Below are positions 1 through 7,080 of a stretch of 58,379 nt of DNA, one piece after another. How positions within the stretch are numbered: the stretch's first letter is position 1; each line of letters begins with the position of its first letter. The stretch lies in IMG/VR virus record IMGVR_UViG_3300020395_000009, positions 1-58,379 of that record; one strand, given 5' to 3'. The position numbers and the translations under genes were made by a program. Under the pieces are notes generated by a model, which was not told the origin of the DNA, ran no database searches, and worked only from the letters and a program-made list of their open reading frames with translations. The DNA is from a virus (Duplodnaviria; Caudoviricetes).

Positions 1-186
1 GCAGCAGCTTACTACGAACTAACAGGTATCCCTGTCAAGAAATTGATCACCCTTATGGTAACTCCTGGTGGTGAAGTCAAGGTGTTTGACAAAAGAAACA
101 AAGGGGATTATATTAAACTTCTGGTTCGTTATATTAAAGAGTTTGTTAGTAACCACACTGGGGCAAAAAATGACACCAAAGAATGA
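1..186 (+). CDS. 3' end of a probable PD-(D/E)XK-type phage exonuclease (partial, runs off the window start)
   Basis: Frame 1 is open from base 1 to TGA at 184-186 (AAAYYELTGIPVKKLITLMVTPGGEVKVFDKRNKGDYIKLLVRYIKEF...). Resembles the C-terminus of the exonuclease that usually precedes gp33 in T4-like cyanophages. Not in the ORF track. Confidence 0.6.
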   Translation, partial: AAAYYELTGIPVKKLITLMVTPGGEVKVFDKRNKGDYIKLLVRYIKEFVSNHTGAKNDTKE

Positions 187-433
187 ATTAGAAAAGGTGA
201 TGGAGAGTAAATTCTTCTGCCCTACTAAGTTTGCACAGGAGATAGAAAGTCTTGTCTTACATAATAATGACATGAATTATATTGATGCTATTGTACATTT
301 CTGTGATAAGAATGGTGTTGATGTAGAGTCAGTTCCTAAACTTATTTCTAAACCACTCAAGGAAAAAATTAAGTGTGATGCACAAGAACTTAATTTTATG
401 AAGAGAACGACTAGAGCAAAATTACCTGTTTGA
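170..433 (+). CDS. gp33: Late promoter transcription coactivator gp33
   Basis: KFAQEIE...MNYIDAIVHFCDKNGVDVESVPKLISKPLKEKIKCDAQELNF is typical gp33. Start moved from 68 to in-frame ATG 170 to avoid a long overlap with the upstream gene. Confidence 0.9.
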   Translation: MTPKNELEKVMESKFFCPTKFAQEIESLVLHNNDMNYIDAIVHFCDKNGVDVESVPKLISKPLKEKIKCDAQELNFMKRTTRAKLPV

Positions 434-435
434 TC

Positions 436-624
436 ATGCCAACTAAATCTGAATTGACACACTATCGTCTCCAAGCAATGTTAAGGGAGCATAGTTTTAC
501 TGATCTTGAGTACCTTGGAGACTTGCCTGGTAAAGGTCACACATATAGAATAGGGGAGCATGAAGTTCCTGTAGATTGGATTGATGAATTGGAAGGTGTA
601 GAAGAAGAAGATGATGCCCTTTGA
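436..624 (+). CDS. Small conserved hypothetical phage protein
   Basis: ATG at 436, acidic C-terminus, fills the gap between gp33 and gp59 and overlaps the gp59 start. Confidence 0.75.
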   Translation: MPTKSELTHYRLQAMLREHSFTDLEYLGDLPGKGHTYRIGEHEVPVDWIDELEGVEEEDDAL

Positions 625-1201
625 TGCTTACCGTTGTTATCTCTCTCTAAAGAATCACTTTACTAAAGATAAGTATGATTATCATAAGTATGCTGGTAAA
701 ACTAGAGCAACTAGACAAGCTTTCTATAAGAGAAAGGATAGATTTTGGTTTGAGAAGTTTGCACGTCAGAAGACCGATAAAGAAGTAGAAGAATTTTTTG
801 TATCTAACTTTGTCAGTACTACTGATCCAGGTACAATGTGGATTGGTGATATGATAAAGAATGGAGAAGCAAGGTATGTTGATTGGAAAAAGAAAGTAGA
901 GTCTCTTTCATATAATTTTAAGGAAGAAACTAGTTCTCTTTTTGCTGATGGTAATTTCGATGCAATGTTTTATGTTGATGGGTCAAGGCATCCAGATATT
1001 CTGAAAGAGTATTTGGGTGGGAAGGTATCACTTGAAACTATGGTAATATGTGATAGAATATTAGGGTATAGGGAAGAGTGGGATAAGAAACTAGATGATC
1101 CTGTATGGGAAACCGTCAGTCTAAAAATCAAAAAGTATAAACCTTTCCTAAATATAAATGTATTCCGCTATAAAAAAATCTTACAGAAAGTAGTATTATG
1201 A
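611..1201 (+). CDS. gp59: Helicase loader gp59
   Basis: YLSLKNHFTKDKYDYHKYAGK...FYKRKDRFWFEK...FFVSNFV...ISLET-like VSLETMVI; T4 synteny 33-59-32. Confidence 0.9.
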   Translation: MMPFDAYRCYLSLKNHFTKDKYDYHKYAGKTRATRQAFYKRKDRFWFEKFARQKTDKEVEEFFVSNFVSTTDPGTMWIGDMIKNGEARYVDWKKKVESLSYNFKEETSSLFADGNFDAMFYVDGSRHPDILKEYLGGKVSLETMVICDRILGYREEWDKKLDDPVWETVSLKIKKYKPFLNINVFRYKKILQKVVL

Positions 1202-1539
1202 GTTTTTTTCAATCTGAAGTTGTTCGTGCTGAAATGGCAGAGATTCATGAACTCCAAGAGGAGGTCTATAGTAATGTCTTTAAGTTTCTGACTATGAGTA
1301 ATGAAGATAAGGCATATCATATTGATATCCTGGAAAAACTTGTTGATAAACAACGTGTAATGTATACTCGTTTGTCTCTTTCTGATGATCCCGAAGCAAA
1401 GAAAATGAAAGAGCAGATCATTGAGTCTGCATCTATGATGGGATTTCCTAAGAATTCCGACATCAATAAGATGTGGGATGATATGAATAAGATGGTTAAG
1501 ATGATGAAACAACAGATTGACAAAGAATCTGAATCTTGA
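1198..1539 (+). CDS. DUF1825-type cyanobacterial/cyanophage protein
   Basis: MSFFQSEVVRAEM...KQRVMYTRLSLSDDPEAKKMK signature; ATGA overlap with gp59. Confidence 0.8.
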   Translation: MSFFQSEVVRAEMAEIHELQEEVYSNVFKFLTMSNEDKAYHIDILEKLVDKQRVMYTRLSLSDDPEAKKMKEQIIESASMMGFPKNSDINKMWDDMNKMVKMMKQQIDKESES

Positions 1540-1545
1540 TAGTAT
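1517..1545 (+). promoter_or_regulatory. Sigma70-like (early) promoter for gp32
   Basis: TTGACA 1517-1522, 17-bp spacer, TAGTAT 1540-1545. Confidence 0.65.
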
Positions 1546-1583
1546 AGTAGAGTACTTAAAAGCCAAATCTAAAAACAAATCTA

Positions 1584-2489
1584 ATGTCATTTAACGACTT
1601 AAAAAAGCAGTCCTCTCTAGGATCTTTAACTCAAAAACTAGTTAAGGAAGTGGAGAAGATGAATACTACTAGTGGTGGAGGTGATGATCGCCTTTGGAAA
1701 CCAGAAGTAGATAAAACAGGTAACGGTTATGCCGTTCTCCGTTTCTTACCAGCACCAGAAGGGGAAGATATCCCTTGGGCAAAAGTGTATTCACATGCAT
1801 TTCAAGGACCAGGTGGTTGGTACATTGAAAATTCTTTGACCACAACAGGTGGCAAGGATCCAGTCTCAGAGCACAATCGTGAGCTCTGGAACAGTGGTAA
1901 TGAATCCGACAAGGATGTTGTTCGTAGACAGAAGCGTAAGCTTTCCTACTATGCAAACATCTATGTCGTAAAAGATCCTACCAATCCTCAAAATGAGGGT
2001 GGAGTATTCCTCTACAAGTTTGGTAAGAAGATCTTTGATAAGGTTATGGAAGCAATGCAACCAGAGTTTGAGGATGAAACTCCAATCAATCCTTTTGACT
2101 TCTGGCAAGGTGCAAACTTCAAGTTGAAGATTGTCAAGAAGGATGGTTACTGGAACTATGACAAGTCAGAGTTCGACGCAGTATCTCCTCTTTTAGATGA
2201 TGACGATGCACTAGAAGCATTGTGGAAGAAGCAGTATTCACTTGCTGCTGTTACCGCACCAGACCAGTTCAAGTCATATGATGACCTGAAGAAGCGTTTG
2301 GATTATGTTCTAGGACACAAACAACCTGCTCGTCGTGTAGACGAAGAGGTTTTTGAGGAAGATAATAGTCGTGGGTCATTTACTCCTGACTTTAAGAGTA
2401 AAGAACCAGTAGCTGCTGCATCCGTGGCATCTAAGTCATCTGAAGAGGATGATGCACTAAGTTATTTTCAGAAACTCGCAGAGGAGTAA
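1584..2489 (+). CDS. gp32: Single-stranded DNA-binding protein gp32
   Basis: DDRLWKPEVDKTGNGYAVLRFLPAP, HAFQGPGGWYIENSLTT, YKFGKKIFDK, GANFKLKI, NYDKSEF, acidic C-tail. Confidence 0.97.
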   Translation: MSFNDLKKQSSLGSLTQKLVKEVEKMNTTSGGGDDRLWKPEVDKTGNGYAVLRFLPAPEGEDIPWAKVYSHAFQGPGGWYIENSLTTTGGKDPVSEHNRELWNSGNESDKDVVRRQKRKLSYYANIYVVKDPTNPQNEGGVFLYKFGKKIFDKVMEAMQPEFEDETPINPFDFWQGANFKLKIVKKDGYWNYDKSEFDAVSPLLDDDDALEALWKKQYSLAAVTAPDQFKSYDDLKKRLDYVLGHKQPARRVDEEVFEEDNSRGSFTPDFKSKEPVAAASVASKSSEEDDALSYFQKLAEE

Positions 2490-3155
2490 TTAATAAAGTC
2501 TAATATTTTCTCCTCTCTTAATGGTTCTACTCACATACTGGGTGGAACCATTTTTATATGGCATAATATCTTGCATGTCATCTAAAACTATTCCTAGATA
2601 TCTTTCTTTAAGTATAAATATATTTCTTTTTTTATTCTCTTGTTCTTCTTCATACTCATAGTTTGTTACTGCTTTGACAGCATCTTGTACTGTTACTAAT
2701 GAGTCCTGATAGTAATCATAGTATTCAGTTTTATAATCAGATGCTACATACAAACCTGCTGGTACTATAACAACACCTTGACTATTAGTTACTTCAGTTG
2801 TTTCATAATGATGTATGCCAGAATATAAATTCTCATAATTTTTATATCTACTTAGGAGTAGTTTATCAAAATCATTTTGTGGGAGTGGCCATTCTGTTTG
2901 TATATTAACTATATTATTTGACAGTAATATGATCCAATCTAAATCTGGATTATTATATACCTCAAATGCTACATTATCTGGTCTATCATCTCCTGAAATT
3001 TGATATTTTGTAAAGACTGTTACATCCTGGAAAATATCATTTCTAAGTTTTCCTTTCTTAAAAAGATTTTTTACTTTAACGTAATCAGATATCTTAGACT
3101 CAGGAAGCCTACTTACATAATCAAAATCTGGAACCTGTCTGAAATACTTTTTCAT
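2490..3155 (-). CDS. gp53: Baseplate wedge subunit gp53 (LysM-like)
   Basis: YF..PDFDY, KNLFKKGKLR, YQISGDDRPDNVAFEVY, WIILLSNNI..EWP, IHHYET, VTNYEYEE...KRNIFILK. Confidence 0.9.
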   Translation of the reverse strand: MKKYFRQVPDFDYVSRLPESKISDYVKVKNLFKKGKLRNDIFQDVTVFTKYQISGDDRPDNVAFEVYNNPDLDWIILLSNNIVNIQTEWPLPQNDFDKLLLSRYKNYENLYSGIHHYETTEVTNSQGVVIVPAGLYVASDYKTEYYDYYQDSLVTVQDAVKAVTNYEYEEEQENKKRNIFILKERYLGIVLDDMQDIMPYKNGSTQYVSRTIKRGENIRLY

Positions 3156-3158
3156 TTT

Positions 3159-4478
3159 TTAAAAACCTATTGAAGTGCTTCCATCATAATCAGTAGCGAA
3201 TACTGGTTCTGTCTCTCCAAATCCTAATGTAATTTCATATGCAGTCATTACACCATCACGAAAAGTGGAATAGTTTCCATCTGGTGTGTAATTAACATTG
3301 CAGGATTGTAAAGCACATTCCTTAAACTTATTAAGGAACTTATGTTCTTTACCTTTATGTAAGTACTTTAACATCCATGTATTGGGAGCCTTTAGGAACA
3401 ATCCATTCTGGTGTTTTTGTGGAGCCATTCCTTGCTTAAAGAATCTAATAACTGATATTAATGTTTTTGCTTCTTTAGCATTTCTTGGAGAAAACTTAAA
3501 TGTAAATCCAAAACTACGTAATTGGGGACCACCAAATAATAATTCCATATTAGGATTCATTACAACCCCTTCAGTTCTTGCTAGAAATTGTGCGGAGTCT
3601 GTACCTGTTGCTGCTTTTACTACTTCTGCTTTAAGTGCTGTCTTTGCAGCCTTCATGTTTTCTTCATTAATAGCTTCTCTAACTCCACTACCATCACCTT
3701 CTAATGCTTTACTTGCAGCAGCACCTGCTAGTGCTTGAGCAGAAGTCATGGTTTGTTCACCCCAGTTAACTGCATTAGAATCATTAATACCACCAGGAAT
3801 AGGAAGGGTGACTGATCCTTCTGTAAATTCCATCATACCTTTCTGTGATAAACCTGATATGTTCTTTCCACTAACATCAAATTTTCTAGGTCTAAATTTA
3901 ATCATCTTAAATTGTATTACATCTTGATCATCTGATCTTAATGCTTCGGGGAAAACTAAGTTTTTACCAGCACCACCTCCACCACTACCTTTAACTCCAA
4001 ACGCACCGAATAAACTATTAGTAATATCGGAGAGATTCATATTTGATGTTGGATTAGATGAGTCTCCTGTTTCATCAGATCCTTTTGCTTTATTTGGCCA
4101 TAATAGATCTAAGGTATTTGCTGTGGCTACAGAAGGATCTACTCCCAATGCTTGTTGTGATTTATTTGCTACTATTGTTGCCGATTCTTTTACTGATTTT
4201 ATTCCTTCAGGACTTGAGAAAAACTTTCCTTCATCTGTACTTGTACCAGAATTTTCTGTTGCTGTAAATACTCCTGTCTTTGGATCTATAGTTCCTATTT
4301 CTCTATCTTCAGACTCTGATCCACTTGGTACATAAGCACCCTCTACATTAGGATCCGCTACTGTAGTACTCTTAAGAGTTATTTCTCCAGTTATTGAATC
4401 TATTTTAGTATAGTATGGGCAGTTCTTCAGATGCGAGTAAGAAAAATTACCACTATCTCTGCTTCCGTATGTTGCCAT
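3159..4478 (-). CDS. gp48: Baseplate tail tube cap gp48
   Basis: C-terminal NPNMELLFGGPQLRSFGFTFKFSPRNAKEA...IRFFKQGM...CALQSCNVNYTPDG; next to gp53. Confidence 0.88.
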   Translation of the reverse strand: MATYGSRDSGNFSYSHLKNCPYYTKIDSITGEITLKSTTVADPNVEGAYVPSGSESEDREIGTIDPKTGVFTATENSGTSTDEGKFFSSPEGIKSVKESATIVANKSQQALGVDPSVATANTLDLLWPNKAKGSDETGDSSNPTSNMNLSDITNSLFGAFGVKGSGGGGAGKNLVFPEALRSDDQDVIQFKMIKFRPRKFDVSGKNISGLSQKGMMEFTEGSVTLPIPGGINDSNAVNWGEQTMTSAQALAGAAASKALEGDGSGVREAINEENMKAAKTALKAEVVKAATGTDSAQFLARTEGVVMNPNMELLFGGPQLRSFGFTFKFSPRNAKEAKTLISVIRFFKQGMAPQKHQNGLFLKAPNTWMLKYLHKGKEHKFLNKFKECALQSCNVNYTPDGNYSTFRDGVMTAYEITLGFGETEPVFATDYDGSTSIGF

Positions 4479-4490
4479 TCGACAAGGTTT

Positions 4491-4892
4491 TTATTTATTT
4501 AGGATAAATTTTCCATATGGTATTGCCATTAGGTCATCAAGCTCATTATATTGAACAATATATAATTGTCCTGCTAACTCTTGCCATGTATAGTTTCTAG
4601 ATTGTCTCCAATGAAAGTTGATACCCTTGAATCCCCATTGCTCTATTGAAGTACATGCAATGAGTGGGTGTTGATCATATGCTTTACCAGGAGTTTTAGC
4701 ATTATATACAAAGGTATAGAATTTTCCTACTTCTGGTATAGGTGTCACAGTATCATTTAATAACTCCATTATTTCTAGCATCATTTCTTCAGGGTCATCG
4801 GTTCTGAGGTTTATATCATTCCCTACGATCCTGTTTATATTTTGATCAAATTCTGGATCAAATACAAATTCTTTACCAGGAGTATTTGTCAT
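4491..4892 (-). CDS. Short gp2-like DNA end protector protein
   Basis: GKFYTFVYNAKTP...YDQHPLI...GFKGINFHW resembles the gp2 core (Y.F.YDAK...YD.FPLI...GLNLHY); adjacent to gp4. Confidence 0.55.
   Translation of the reverse strand: MTNTPGKEFVFDPEFDQNINRIVGNDINLRTDDPEEMMLEIMELLNDTVTPIPEVGKFYTFVYNAKTPGKAYDQHPLIACTSIEQWGFKGINFHWRQSRNYTWQELAGQLYIVQYNELDDLMAIPYGKFILNK
4492..4501 (-). promoter_or_regulatory. T4-type late promoter (TAAATA/ATAAATA) for gp48-gp53
   Basis: Plus-strand TATTTATTTA reads TAAATAAATA on the minus strand, about 15-20 nt before the gp48 start. Confidence 0.6.
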
Positions 4893-5332
4893 GATCTTAA
4901 TCCTAGTTCTCTTTCTGTTATAATCTTAAACTCAACTCCATGATCTTTACACCATTCATTTGCTGCTACCCATTTTGCTTGGTTAACTGCATAGGTTTTG
5001 CATTCGTACATGTATGATTTAGTCACATTCTTTCTTTTCTTTGGTGGTTTTGTTTGCTTAAATGGTTTGACTTCTATTACATAGGTTCTAATTTTACCTG
5101 TGTTCTCTTTTACTTTCATAATAAAGTCTGGATAGTATCTACGTGCTTTTCCATCAGGAGCACGGTAGGGTATAAAGAATTCTTCACTTCCCCACTCTAC
5201 AATATTCTCATTTAGATCACAGTAGTTACAGAATCTTTCTTCCCAAGAACTACGACAGATAATATTATTAATATTACCTTTATATTTCCTTGGATTTGAT
5301 GGTTTATATAAACTCTTTTTACTTTCGGCCAT
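4889..5332 (-). CDS. gp4: Head completion nuclease gp4 (TnsA-like)
   Basis: YKPSNPRKYKG, IICRSSWE, WGSEEFFIPY, RRYYPDF, IEVKPFKQT, NQAKW, FKIITEREL. Start set at in-frame ATG 5332 (MAESKKS). Confidence 0.93.
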   Translation of the reverse strand: MAESKKSLYKPSNPRKYKGNINNIICRSSWEERFCNYCDLNENIVEWGSEEFFIPYRAPDGKARRYYPDFIMKVKENTGKIRTYVIEVKPFKQTKPPKKRKNVTKSYMYECKTYAVNQAKWVAANEWCKDHGVEFKIITERELGLRS

Positions 5333-5355
5333 ACATAATATATAAGGTAAAAAAT

Positions 5356-5363
5356 TATTTATA
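5356..5363 (-). promoter_or_regulatory. T4 late promoter TATAAATA for gp4
   Basis: Plus-strand TATTTATA is a perfect TATAAATA on the minus strand, 24 nt upstream of ATG 5332. Confidence 0.75.
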
Positions 5364-5364
5364 G

Positions 5365-6126
5365 ATGGCAAGTCCCAAGTCAGTCACGCAGATTAAAAAT
5401 AGTTTGCTTAGTCCATCTCTAACCTCTCATTTTGAGGTGGAAATTCCTGTACCAACTAATCTTCGATCTACGTTAGGAACAAATCAAGAACAGTTAAATT
5501 TGTTGTGCTCTGAAGCAAGTCTTCCAGGTTCTTCCCTTGCAACTACTGAGATACAGAATTCATTTCATGGGGTAACTGAGAGACATGCATATAGAAGAAT
5601 ATATGATGACAGAATTGATCTAACTTTTTATGTAGATTCTGGTAACTATACTCCTATTAGATTTTTTGAGAATTGGATATCATATATTGTAGGTGAGACT
5701 AATAGAGATCAATTGATGAATACAAATTATTATTATAGAAGTCAATATCCTGATGAGTATATTGCTAATCAAGGGTTAAAGGTTAGAAAGTTTGAGAGGG
5801 ATTATGGTAGATCTATAGAGTATGAATTTGTTAGAGCATATCCTTTGGCAATAACATCTATGCCAGTTACATATGAAGGATCTAGTTTAATGACATGCAA
5901 TGTATCAATGACATATATTAGATACGTTGCACGACCACTTAATACTCCTCCTATTACTATACCAACACCAGGACAGCAAGCAGGTTTTAATATTGGAGGA
6001 TTTCTTGGTGGTATAGCAGCTAATTTAGTTGATAGTGTTGTTGATAAGGCAACAGGTAATGATGCATTAGGAGATCTTGCTGGAAATATTGTAGGAACAA
6101 ATGTTGCAAATGCAATTAACAATTAA
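5365..6126 (+). CDS. Tail tube-like protein (gp19/gp54 fold; probable baseplate-tube junction)
   Basis: LLCSEASLPGSSLAT...RIYDDRIDLTFYVD...FFENWISYI...YEFVRAYPLAITSMPVTY...CNVSMTY tube-fold motifs. Confidence 0.75.
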   Translation: MASPKSVTQIKNSLLSPSLTSHFEVEIPVPTNLRSTLGTNQEQLNLLCSEASLPGSSLATTEIQNSFHGVTERHAYRRIYDDRIDLTFYVDSGNYTPIRFFENWISYIVGETNRDQLMNTNYYYRSQYPDEYIANQGLKVRKFERDYGRSIEYEFVRAYPLAITSMPVTYEGSSLMTCNVSMTYIRYVARPLNTPPITIPTPGQQAGFNIGGFLGGIAANLVDSVVDKATGNDALGDLAGNIVGTNVANAINN

Positions 6127-6140
6127 TCTATATAAACCCC

Positions 6141-6148
6141 TATAAATA
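6141..6148 (+). promoter_or_regulatory. T4 late promoter TATAAATA
   Basis: Perfect consensus 27 nt upstream of the gp26 ATG. Confidence 0.8.
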
Positions 6149-6175
6149 AAGTACACTGAATTGTATTAGGATATT

Positions 6176-6895
6176 ATGCCTTTACCAAAAATTGCGACTC
6201 CTACCTATGAGTTGGAGCTACCATCTTCTGGAGAGACAATTAAATATAGACCTTTCCTTGTGAAAGAGGAAAAGGTTTTAGTTATTGCTCTTGAAAGTGA
6301 AGACAATAAAGAAATAACAAATGCTATTAAAGCAGTATTAAAGAGTTGTGTTCTTACAAAAGGAATTAAAGTAGAGAAACTTCCTACTTTTGATATTGAA
6401 TATCTGTTCCTCAACATTCGTGGTAAGTCTGTTGGAGAAGAGATTGAAGTTAATATTATTTGTCCTGATGATGAGAAGACTCAGGTTCCAGTCTTTATTG
6501 ATCTAGATGATATTCAAGTTCAGAAGAGTGATGAACATACCAATAAGGTAAAAGTTGATGATGATATTATGATGGAGATGTCTTATCCTTCATTGGATCA
6601 GTTCATTAAAAATAATTTTGATTTTGATGAGAAGAATGCAATGGCACAATCATTCGAGTTGATTGCAACTTGTATTGATAAGATCTATACCCAAGATGAG
6701 GTATGGGCAGCTGCTGATTGCACAAAGAAAGAGATGAATGAGTTTCTTGAGTCAATGAATTCAACTCAGTTTAAGGAAATTGAGAAGTTCTTTGAGACTA
6801 TGCCTAAGTTATCTCATACTATTCAAGTAACTAATCCCAAGACTAAGAAGAAAAGTGAAGTGGTACTTGAGGGATTAGCATCTTTTTTCGGGTAG
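6176..6895 (+). CDS. gp26: Baseplate hub assembly protein gp26 (cyanophage annotation)
   Basis: MPLPKIATPTYELELPS, YRPFLVKEEKVL, FDIEYLFLNIRGKSVGE, FFETMPKL, LEGLASFFG. Confidence 0.9.
   Translation: MPLPKIATPTYELELPSSGETIKYRPFLVKEEKVLVIALESEDNKEITNAIKAVLKSCVLTKGIKVEKLPTFDIEYLFLNIRGKSVGEEIEVNIICPDDEKTQVPVFIDLDDIQVQKSDEHTNKVKVDDDIMMEMSYPSLDQFIKNNFDFDEKNAMAQSFELIATCIDKIYTQDEVWAAADCTKKEMNEFLESMNSTQFKEIEKFFETMPKLSHTIQVTNPKTKKKSEVVLEGLASFFG
6883..6889 (+). promoter_or_regulatory. Candidate -1 programmed ribosomal frameshift heptamer T TTT TTC
   Basis: X XXY YYZ pattern in the gp26 frame just before its stop. The -1 frame (TTT CGG GTA GCA ATG) is open and continuous with gp51. Confidence 0.55.
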
Positions 6896-6897
6896 CA

Positions 6898-7080
6898 ATG
6901 GTGCATATGAATCTGGAGAATTACTTCAGATTAAATTTTGCTTTGATGCAGTACCATAAATATAGCTTGACAGAGATTGAGAATATGATGCCTTGGGAAC
7001 GAGACATTTATGTGGGTCTTCTCCAACAACATCTTGAGGAAGAAGAACTAAAACAAAAGCAGAAAAACTCTAATGCCTAG
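6898..7080 (+). CDS. gp51: Baseplate hub assembly catalyst gp51 (cyanophage annotation)
   Basis: LENYFRLNFALMQYHKYSLTEIENMMPWERDIYVGLL. Confidence 0.9.
   Translation: MVHMNLENYFRLNFALMQYHKYSLTEIENMMPWERDIYVGLLQQHLEEEELKQKQKNSNA

Noticed and set aside
68-169. ORF-track N-terminal extension of gp33
   Set aside because: Overlaps the upstream gene's frame-1 coding tail; ATG 170 gives a normal gp33.
2480-2500. Terminator between convergent gp32 and gp53
   Set aside because: Stops abut directly (2489/2490) and no convincing GC stem-loop was seen.
4889-5332. TnsA-like endonuclease as a transposon or homing endonuclease
   Set aside because: Motifs and synteny identify it as core head-completion gp4.
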